From: Lama glama
Lineage: Eukaryota
Direction: 5' to 3'
Assembly: GCA_028534125.1 (NCBI GenBank)
Contig: CM052816.1
Location: 84,074,001 to 84,138,000 of the forward strand
DNA length: 64,000 bases
This document shows, piece after piece, positions 53,239 through 64,000 of the stretch (position 1 is its first letter; the number at the start of each line of letters is the position of its first letter). The translations under genes were made by a program, and so were the position numbers. A model generated the notes under the pieces. The model searched no databases and was not told the origin of the DNA. It saw only the letters and a program-made list of their open reading frames with translations.

Positions 53239-56200
53239 TAAAATGCAGTATTTTAAAAAGAGAAATAATCTAATGATTTAAAGATACACATTAAAAACTA
53301 AACATTTATTCTGTGGTAGACTGAAAAATATAATTTATTAAAGTGAAAATATTCTTGAATTTGACTAACGGTATTCCATCAGTGATCAGAATAAATTTTA
53401 AATAACCAGAATTGTAGAAAATTTTACTCCCTATTTTAACATGACTATTTGAAAAATGAATGCATTCATGATTACACTATAAATTCTAGTGATATTTTAA
53501 GCATATTTATGATAATAAGTGATTCAGTCTCAATTTTCTCTTATTTTAGAGAGGATATAATTTTAGTCTCCTAGGTTTTCTAAGGACAAAATTATTAGAA
53601 ACCCAGAGACATTATTTATATGCCAGTGTTTACAAATTCTAACCTTTGTAAATTTTGCATATAAAAGACACTTTCCTCTAGTTGTTGGGACAGTGAACTC
53701 AAATACTACACATTTTAAAGGTTTTGAAATCTTTTCAAAATAACCGAATAGTGATGTCCACGTGGAACTGTCATGTAAATATATATATTCTATATATAGA
53801 GAGATATATAGGTATATATATATTCCTAGAGGTTAAGTTCTGCCTCCATATTGTTGTTTTAGACCATCTACACGGAAGGGAACAGAACAAATTACTGAAG
53901 TAAAGGTTGTGTGACTGAAATTTGTATGTTATTAAAAATTGAGAAGATTAAAAAAAGAACTAGTATTCCAGGCTCTTTTTTAAGGTTTCACTCTATGAGC
54001 CCAGGTAATCGTTGAACTTTGAGGACTTCCCTCAGCCTATTTTCCCAGCACACTGAAGGCGACTCTTATACAAATGAACAAATAATGCCATTTTTTTTAA
54101 TCACATGAAGAATGAGGCTAAGAATTAGCAAAAATTCCTTTATGCCTTTATTAATATTGAAAAATCATTTGTAATAGAAATAACCAGTTTACATTCTTCT
54201 CAGAGACGCAATCACCACAACACACACCACACATACAAAACAAACTCACTCTTAGGTGGAAGATTTTTTTTTTTTTACATTAAAAATCATTTGACTTGTT
54301 TACACACAAGAAAATAGGAATTTACGTATGGAAAATAGTAAATATATTTCAAAAGATTATTTATATATAATATATGCAAATTTTATTTTATAAAATTCTA
54401 ATATTAATATGTGTTATTTATTATGCATATAACCTGGTTGAACAAAATTGTTTTAAATAAAAATCTTGGGATATAATTATGAGATTAATCAGATAGCAAA
54501 AATAGTCCAAATATTATTTTCTCCCCAATTATTTTATATAATAAGCATGTGTTTTGATTGCTAGGTTATGTTAATCAATTATGAATGTAAAGTTTGAGAT
54601 GTTCTTTATAATATTTTTTTATAGTTTTTGTAATGTTAAAAACATTTACAAAATCTGACACTATACCATATTTTAAAATGTAAGCCTTCTCTAAAATAGC
54701 ATGTACTGTCATTATGACAGAATTTTATCTAACTTAGTGATAAGTAGTTAATTAGGGTTAGAAGGTAGAAAAAAATCTGTTGGCCCATTTAACCATTGTC
54801 ATTATAATAAATTTAAAATCTACTGCCATATTGTCCCTAAAAAAATGAGTAACTTAAATTTTATGTTAAACAAAATGAGATATTTATATAATGGGCATGT
54901 AGCTGTAGCACATTTATGAAAAAGTAAACAGTAATTATTAAAATATTTATATGTAAATATTATATTTTTAGTTTATATTTATAGAACATTTCAACTCATT
55001 TCCTTTTTGATTTTAGAAGAAATTGTACCATTTTTTAATGAGGGAAATGCAATTCCCTTGGCTTTCTCTTATTTGTGTATATTAGCATCAGCGTAAGTCA
55101 GATCACTGCAATCATCCCAATTTCCCCACAGAAGCAAGCTTCCTACTGGTAATTGTTTCACCACTGGAACGCACGCAGGCATACAGATGGGATGGCGAAT
55201 ACTTGTTGCCAGTTGTGTTTTCTCACTTATTTATCCCACTATTGGAAATGCGGGAGAAGAAAAAAATTCTTGATAGTCTCTTTACCTTCCTGGGGGAAAT
55301 AAATATATACACTTCATCTATTCTTAGATAATGCCTTTGCCCTCTTTTCTTGAAATTATGAGTTAATTCTAATTCAGAGCAAAAAGAAAGCAGTCTCTGG
55401 AAGAGTTTTAATTATTTCCAAATGCCTCTCCAGCATATAAATGCTAAACTGTGTGACTTTTCCATTTATGGGCTGTGAGAAATAAACAGCTGGGATAAAC
55501 AGCAGGCATTTCAAGATATTTTATTTATTTCTCGGCAGAAGTTTAAGCATATGTCATAATGATGGCATTTACATCATAATATATGTTGCTTCATACAGCT
55601 CTGCAAACCCATCAAAATCTGCGCAAATGACTGTGGAATGGTAGAACAAGAAGAGTCTATCAAACACACTTCCATCTGCTTCAATTCGAAAAGTTCAACT
55701 TTTATTATAAACTAAGCAACCGAAAATCAAAGTTCTGAAAACTTAATTGCCTTCCTTAAATCTTAGTTTCAGTTTAACTTTTAGAAGGATCTAATATGCC
55801 ACGACCTAGGCATTACATTTTCTCTTAGATTGTTCCTTTCATCAAGATTCTATCACACTGGCTTCCTGATAGTTAATCAATGACATGTATCACTTTATGG
55901 GAAAAAATGCATAAGTTTAAGATCAAATAGTCAATATCCTCGTAACTCCATGACACTGTCATTTTGGGACTTGGTAAGAAAAGTAACAAAAGATATTTTT
56001 GAATAATTGTAGCTCTTGTTAGCATATAGAGGGTTGGCCTTGGATAATTGATCATGTAATAGTATTGTATTAAATCATAGGCCAGGGAGAACTTGGGGTT
56101 GGATGTGACTGCATTATACTCTGTCAAAGAGGAAGAGAAAATGGAAAATCTCTTCCTTCCAGTCCAGAGATTATCGGAAGGAAGAAATTGATAATGTTTT

Positions 56201-56649
56201 TATAGATGTGTGCATTCTGTGTGACCTGGATGCCTCATTCTGGACCAAAATTTAGTAAGGTGCTGGGTGTGTGTGGCTCTAAAAGCAGAGAGGCTTTGCC
56301 ATGTTCTTTTTGGACCCCTAGATTATTGCCACTTGAGACAGGATGGTCCTGAGACATCGTGCAGCATGAATGTTAACATTACTCCCATGAATTCACGTGG
56401 CGATATTTATATGGACTAAACATTTCCCTTTGCCCACAAAATAGCCAAAGGAATGGAATGTCAGATCCAAATCTCATTTCACAGGTGATTCTGGAGTAGA
56501 GGAGGGTTTGATACTTGCATATCTTTAATAATCCATAAGGTTACAATATATTTTAGGTAAATTTATCTGCTCAGAACTTAAGGGAATTTACTTTAGTAGG
56601 GCATATTTTTTGCAATTTGTTTTTCATATAATGTTCACAGTATGATAGA

Positions 56650-56810
56650 ACGGAGCTTCTCAACAGTGATAGGTATAGGAATCTTTTGTTAAAACGTAGA
56701 TCCTGATTAAGTGTGTCTGCCTGGTTGGAGGCTGAAATTCTGCATTTTTAATAAGATACCAGGTGATGGAGAGGCTGTTGACTGAGGACCACATTTTAAG
56801 TGGCAAGATA
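56650..56810. mobile_element. hAT-Charlie MITE, MER5A-like
   Basis: 'cttctcaac...ttgttaaaacgtagatcctg...aattctgcatttttaataagataccaggtgatg...gaggaccacattt'. Confidence 0.75.
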
Positions 56811-57195
56811 TAAAACATTACACTAAGTACTGAGATGCTGTCAAATTTGGTAAGACCTGTTGTCCCATTGCAGAAAATTCATAAGCTAGAAGTAAATTAG
56901 ACATAATTAGTCATGCTAACTTCTCTGACATAAAAGAGTCACCCACATACTAAATGTAAAACAATCTCAATGATGAGGAATGCGGTAGCAAAGATTACTG
57001 AAATTAATTCAATTTCTTCACAGCTTAAGAACATGTTGCGCTTTTACAAATCTTAAAATAAATGTTTAAATAATCTGTCTGTATCTGTTTAAATAAAACA
57101 TCTAAACAAACATTTAACAGAAGCAACAAGAACAAAATCCACCCTCTCTTATGGGAGGAAATTGCAAGTGCTAGTGGTTTCATTTACGTAGCCGC

Positions 57196-57515
57196 GGGGT
57201 CTGTAATCTAGGCTCTGCCGGCCGAAGCCCGGCAACCATAGTTTTTGTAAGGACTGCAAGCTAAGAATGCTTTTCACATTTTTAAAACGGTTGAACACAG
57301 TTAAAATTTCCTGATGCATTAAAATTACATAAAATTCAAAATTACAGGTTCATAAAGGTATTAACTAGCACAAAGCCATACTCATTCATAGAGACACACT
57401 GTCCTGGGCTCCCTCCATGCTTCTGGGGCAGAATTGCACAGTAGAGACAGAAACTATATGGGCCGCAAAACAGAAAAGTCATATTATCTATAAATTTCAT
57501 GAAAGGACGCGAATC
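57196..57515. mobile_element. hAT-Charlie MITE, MER58B-like
   Basis: 'gtttttgtaagg...caagctaagaatgcttttcacatttttaaa...cacaaagccatactcattc...gacagaaactatatgggccgcaaa'. Confidence 0.8.
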
Positions 57516-58864
57516 AACCCGTGAAACAATCTGTGTCCTCATTAAATTTTTTTCTAGCATGCTTGTCACGTAACTGTGCATTTTCTGTTTTGTAAAAGAA
57601 GGCACTTTTGAGTTAGGAAAAGACCACAGGACTTAAAGCCAGGAGTCATGCCTTTAAGGTCCTGAAGGATCCATCCAACGTCTCCAGACCAACAACCCCA
57701 AGTCTGTTAAATAAGAAGTTTGTATCACAGGATGCTGTGGTCTTATCCTGGCCCAATATAGATTTACATCTTAGGCTTTTATTTCTTTCTTTCTTCTAAT
57801 TTGTCAACTCTGTAATGTTTTAATAAAAAAGAGTATTGGTACTATTTAAACTGCTTCACACATAACTTTTCCTTTCCACCAACCTTGAATTTTTTTCCTG
57901 TTTTAAAGTGTTTTATTATCTTGGCCTTGTCCACTTGCTTCTTTTGCATACTTCGGAAGTTTCAAACAGGTTATTTGTGTAGTTAGTCATCTGATCAAAG
58001 CTAATGAAGTTTTATTGCTATAATAAAATAACACTTAACACAAACTCCCAATTTTAATAAAAACCCCATCTACATCCAGATATAAAATGCAGTGTGTAGC
58101 TGAGTTATAATTTTCCCTCAAATATGTGCTAAAGATTCATGAAGGGTACCTAAATAAATGAAGTATTTAAATAGCCACACAAGAGAGAGAATTACTTATG
58201 CTTAAGGACATTCTGTTTCTAGGAAAAGTCGAATAAATGGAAATGTTTAGCAGTTTTGCAAACTGCGTTTGGCATTAATATAAAGAAAGCAAAACAATAC
58301 AAATTCAAAGAACAGTAAAAAGGATCCATGTGTATTAGAGAGTTTGTTAGACAGAAGGGAATCCATAGCAGATTCCATAATGTATTAAATAAATGATCCA
58401 AGAAAACAAAGAAATTCTCCAATAATTCCTAACTTTTAGGAAAGTGTTGTCAGCTTTTTCTTAGGTTATAATTCCTGGTACTTACTGGCTGATGGATCTA
58501 TCCTGAAGATTTTCTCTCTTTATGCCTCAATCTCTCTCTCTCTTTCTTTCTCTCTCTATATATGCTAATTTTCAAAATATCTGTGTGTGTATTCAATGAA
58601 ATAATTTATAAAATGTACTTCATATTATATCATCAATAATAGATCTTTGATAAACATGAGCAATTATTACCAATTCTGTGGGCAGACACTTTTCAGGGAT
58701 GAAAAGGGTCAGATTTAGGAAAGATTTTCTAATGTGTGTTTTTAATGAAATTTATAAACATACTTTAGCAATTATAATGCTTGAAATTCTTTGATACTTT
58801 ATAGTATGTACCCAAACATACAGAAATTAGCCACCCTGAAAAGGAACAGTCCCGCAAAGGATGT

Positions 58865-59035
58865 TTTCTATTTTTTTTAACATTTTACTGATGTAAAATT
58901 ATATACCAAAATTGCACATATTTAATGTATAAAGTTTGATGAGATTGGACATATGTATATACCTATACTACCATCACCACAATCAAGGTAACAGGTATAT
59001 CTAACACCTTCCAGAGTTTCCTTGTGTCTTTTTGT
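58865..59035 (-). mobile_element. L1MB-like 3' terminus truncated near the assembly gap
   Basis: 'aaaattgcacatatttaatgtataaagtttgatgag...accatcaccacaatcaagg'. Confidence 0.75.
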
Positions 59036-59055
59036 ATTTTTTAAAGTTTTTTTTT

Positions 59056-59555
59056 NNNNNNNNNNNNNNNNNNNNNNNNNNNNNNNNNNNNNNNNNNNNN
59101 NNNNNNNNNNNNNNNNNNNNNNNNNNNNNNNNNNNNNNNNNNNNNNNNNNNNNNNNNNNNNNNNNNNNNNNNNNNNNNNNNNNNNNNNNNNNNNNNNNNN
59201 NNNNNNNNNNNNNNNNNNNNNNNNNNNNNNNNNNNNNNNNNNNNNNNNNNNNNNNNNNNNNNNNNNNNNNNNNNNNNNNNNNNNNNNNNNNNNNNNNNNN
59301 NNNNNNNNNNNNNNNNNNNNNNNNNNNNNNNNNNNNNNNNNNNNNNNNNNNNNNNNNNNNNNNNNNNNNNNNNNNNNNNNNNNNNNNNNNNNNNNNNNNN
59401 NNNNNNNNNNNNNNNNNNNNNNNNNNNNNNNNNNNNNNNNNNNNNNNNNNNNNNNNNNNNNNNNNNNNNNNNNNNNNNNNNNNNNNNNNNNNNNNNNNNN
59501 NNNNNNNNNNNNNNNNNNNNNNNNNNNNNNNNNNNNNNNNNNNNNNNNNNNNNNN
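59056..59555. other. Assembly gap (500 N)
   Basis: A run of exactly 500 N. The round length suggests a placeholder size. Confidence 1.
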
Positions 59556-62500
59556 GGCCTCTCATAAGAAGGTTGAGCATTTATTTCAGAGCCTCTTTCA
59601 CCTTCAAATGAACCAATCCTCGGGGAGGGTGTTCACCGCAGACACTAGGCTTCCCAGCACACAACTGTGTTGATTCAGGAGTGACAACAACACAACTGAA
59701 GTAAGTACGGGTGCTTTCCTCACCATGACAAAGAAGGGTATTTATCCTGGCAACAGTTTTCACTCCTATTGCCTGTGCTTGAAAAGTCCTCCTGTTGATT
59801 CAATAGCAGTTATAATTTAATGAAAAACACAAGGTTCATAGAAAGATTACAATAAAACTGAGAGAAAACTTACAGTAATAAATGATTCTGTACATATGCT
59901 TAAGGAAATTATGCAGACTTAAATGATCTATAATATATTCCGTATCGGGAGTTACAATGACCTATTATTAATTGTATGAACATATATTCATGTATTTGAC
60001 TTAAAGAAAGCATACTGATGTGGGAGGTTATGATGGTTATGCAAAAACAAAACAAAATAAAACACACTTTTCCAGACAAGTTGGAAAAATAAACAATGAC
60101 CAGGAAACAAATATTCATTAATCAAAATGATAAAAAATTGGGGGCATAGATTTATAATATCTAAATAGGAAGAAGTTTAAAATACTTTTAATTTTCTCTT
60201 GCTCATCATGTAATATTATTGAAGTGATAAACAAATTTGTTTCTCAGATGGTTAGCCACTAAGTTGGAATAAGCCCCCTAAAGGAGCTGGAAATATGTAA
60301 AATTTATTTCAACATTTTATCAGCCTGAAGTCATTATCTTGTCATCTGTTTTCCCAATTTCTTTTCCTTGTCTGTTCTAGAATTTATGAATTACTCTACT
60401 TTACAAACTAATCCAAACTCAAGTTAAACAGTATTTAAACAGATTCAGATTAGTACTCAGTCAGGATTATATCATCCTATTTTTGATTCTAAATGCTTTC
60501 GGATAAACAATCCTAGCAAGTAAACATGAATTTGTACCACATCTTACAGCAGTAATTGCGTTGCATCATTGGATAACATATGTTGTCCTCCACACCTCAA
60601 CCCAAGGAATGGGATAGTTCTTTTAATCTGCATTGAGAGTCTCAAAACCAGCAAACCCTCAGGCAGTTGTCTAAGTTATCTTCCCACTTATCAGACTCCC
60701 ACATAGGACAATCTTTAATTACCTGCTTCCTTATTCTATGTATCTGCTGAAGTAATCCTCCCTGTTTGGGGTTCCCACTGCTTATCACTTCTAATGCCAC
60801 ATAAATGCTATATCTCACTTGCCAGGTGAAAGTTTCTTTTCTTCCTTGGTGGGTCCTGAACCCCTTCTCTTTAATTACTATATGTCATCACAATTAGTTG
60901 ACAGGCCTTAGACATGTAATGCAGCCTTCAGTAGTTCCAACAGATGAGCTCTGTGAACTGTTGCTCAGGAGAAATGTACCATCCTTTAACAAAATGGTCT
61001 GCATTCTGGAGTTATATTAAAATTAATGAATCTTTTATTTTTTTCTTTCTAGAAAAGCATTAATTTGGTTCTAAGCTGCACAGAGTTCCAAACTGTAAGA
61101 ACTCCTCATACTGTCATCAGCAAAATTGAAATTTGAACACATGAAAGTCTCTGGCGTATTAAAAGCAGAAATACATTTGGAAGAAGTAGGTTTAAAACAG
61201 AGTGTCATGATGACAATGACATCCTTTCAAAACAAAGATAATGACTTGACTTTTATTCAGCCTGTCACCTGGTCAAGGCCATATGCGCCCTCACGTAGGT
61301 ACCCACCAGCTGGGATTATCTTGATAAAATCACCTCTGACTAAGGCCGAAAAGTCCAAGCCTTCAGCGAAGAACATTGATCTTCTCAGGGGCCCAGAGTT
61401 GAGCAGACTCAAGGGGTGCACTAAAGTTACTTGGAGAGAGCAATTTAAGATTACCAAAAACAAATCAGTTGGCAATAAAAATATGTGTCCAGGACAGTCA
61501 GCATACTGGTGACTGTCACTGTCAGCAGCTGGTGAATGGGCAATCAAAATACTGACACCACCGTCCACAACAACTATTTTTCATATTCATCTGAACTGCT
61601 CTCTAGCTATTCACCACCATCCCTGATGGTTAAACCATAAGTGCCGTTGTAGTGATTTCAACCAATTTTCCTCTGACAAAGGCTCTTTGGCCCTATCTCA
61701 CCTTCTCCAGGATTATTCATATTACATTTCTGGGTTTTCCAAGGCCATTCTCTATATTTGTAGCCCCCATGGCAATGCTTGAATTGGCCACTGATATGGT
61801 CCTGTGACAATTTGTACACAGGACCATCACTGAGTGAATCACATGGTTTCCATCTAACTTTTCGTATCTCCCGGTAAACATGGTGACTTTTGAATGTAAG
61901 ATACACATTTTATTACATTTGAAGTGTGTTTAAATTGATTTTGCCCTCTCAGCTTTGATGCATTGTTTTCATTTTCAAATAACACTCCTTGTTTTCTTCT
62001 TCTTTTAAACCTGTTACAATTTTTCTATGTGCTACTTACAAAATAAAACTTCAATTATTCTTAACTGTACATCTAAGGATTTTTGAACTCTAAAGGCTAG
62101 CTATTATTAATGTACTATTTACAGCTCAATTTTTAAAAATGTATTTAATATTCAGCTTTAAATCTATATATGTAATGCTTATTAAGATATATCAGGAATA
62201 TTTTGATTGAATATCACTTTTTGATAAATGTGAAAAAATTAATACCTATAATTTCCTGGACTCTATATTTTAGATATTTTAACATATTCAACACAATCAT
62301 TTGCTGTGCAAAAATATAAACCTCCAATAATTTTCTATTCAACAGTCAGCGTTTTAGCAAAGTTTACTTTGGGTTTTTAAAATTCTTTTCAGTCCTTCTC
62401 TTTTTCCTGTTTTAAATTCTCAGAGGATTAAATCCGTTAAAATGAAGCTCATCTTCAATTAGCAAGAAGAACATATGTATGCTCTTCATTAAAATCCCCA

Positions 62501-64000
62501 GGTATCATGAGTAACAGTTCATTTCAGGTTTCAGATAATTAAAGCCTCATACACATTTTCTGATATTCCATCTGGCATTAGAGAGTATTCAACTATAGAC
62601 CACTTGAGTTACCAGACAGATGAAAGCTTAATAACAAACGTTAATATTGAGAACACCTCCTTTTTGATGCTGCACAGATAAGTGCATTATTATAACCTCA
62701 AATATCTTCGAACAAGAAAAAATAAATGATGGTGGATCTCATCTTCCTTGATAATGTTACTAGACAGTAACAATTAGAAGTCTCTTGAAATTTTCAGCAT
62801 TAAATAGATTTTATATGGCCTCTAAAGTGGAAATGCAGGTACAAAATAAGTTTTCAGTACTTAAAGAAACACTGTTTCCATTGTTTCTGTTACACCTTCC
62901 AACTAAAATGCTCCTCACTTTCACAGCCATTCAAATATGCATGTCATAAAAGCAGTGATCTTGTGACACTTGTCCTTTGAGTAAAGTCTAGTATATGATA
63001 CGTGCCCAATAAACATCAGTGAAATACTGTCTATTCTTCAACATCTGACATCTGAGACTGATGTTCCTCCTATTGTGCTAAGGAAATTTCAGGTAATTAT
63101 GTTTGCTATTTGATCTATTTTCTAATTTGCAATACTAAATATATTATAAAATGTTTCTCATATTTAAAATTGTATTTTATAATTACAAAGTATTCCAGGA
63201 AATCAGTCTTGCTTTTTAAGTAGAGTCAGAATCTTCCTTGATAAACATCACTTTCATATACTACATATTTGCTAAATATTTATATAACCATCAACATTTT
63301 TGGAAAAAATAAATCATCTAACATTGAATAATCTTTCATCCAATGTTAGGTACCAACATCTGATGAATCATCAGAAACCTATGGCTAAAATGTCCTTCCC
63401 TTTAAATGGAAGGTGAAGAACTTAATAGTAATGGATGTCCAGATAAAACTGCAAGGGAAAAATAATAAACTTTGATTTTAATGCACACTGGTCTTAAGAC
63501 AACAGTCATTTTACTGAGTATGTCTGTATAAATTAGCTGCATTCACCTCAAAGATTCATAGGTTCATTCTGGAGCATGTTTGGCCCTGTGATCTGCAGGT
63601 TCCTCCAGCTCATGCACTCCTACTTAGCAGGGATAGGGGTACCAGGGTAGGGCTCTTATTATTCTTTCTCCTCCATCACTTTAGTTGGGAAATATGCATT
63701 TACTGTGGAAAACTGAGAAGATTTGTGTCACAGAGAGACAGTTAATTGATTGAATTGTGAAATGGGATCTAATGGTCACATGTAATTGCAGAAACTGAAG
63801 TATTTGCCTGGATCAAATTCAGTACAGTTATTGAATTATTGTAGTTACTAAAAGGGCATTCTGAATTGCTGTTGTTTTGGAAATTAATGTTTTGAAATAA
63901 GGAGAAATAAAGAATGTAAACTAACTTCCATATAAACTTAAAGTTGGCATTGACCACTGTCATAAAGATGATTAATACTTTGTGGTCTAAAATAGCATCT

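Noticed and set aside
59022..59673. Long ORFs spanning the gap
   Set aside because: Artefacts of translating N runs.

Overview
This is AT-rich eukaryotic (mammalian) intergenic or deep-intronic DNA. It is most likely camelid, based on a vic-1-like tRNA-derived SINE at ~25.3 kb and a young L1 3' end of the style I associate with camelids. I find no intact protein-coding gene, and the ORF track is mostly noise or L1 ORF2 debris. Much of the window is eutherian repeats: L1 (young and old), L2, MIR, MaLR/ERVL/ERV1 solo LTRs, hAT MITEs (MER45A-, MER102-, MER5A- and MER58B-like) and microsatellites, plus a 500-N assembly gap. The clearest non-TE features are three. First, a 5'-truncated, disabled processed pseudogene of CSNK2B (casein kinase II beta) at 32558-33312. 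Second, a diverged second copy of part of its 3'UTR about 750 bp downstream. Third, a ~1.5 kb GC-richer, mRNA-like minus-strand insert (~23740-25260) that looks like an old retrocopy whose parent I could not identify. I see no evidence of a novel multi-gene system. Repeat subfamily names are from recognition by eye and need RepeatMasker/Dfam confirmation.
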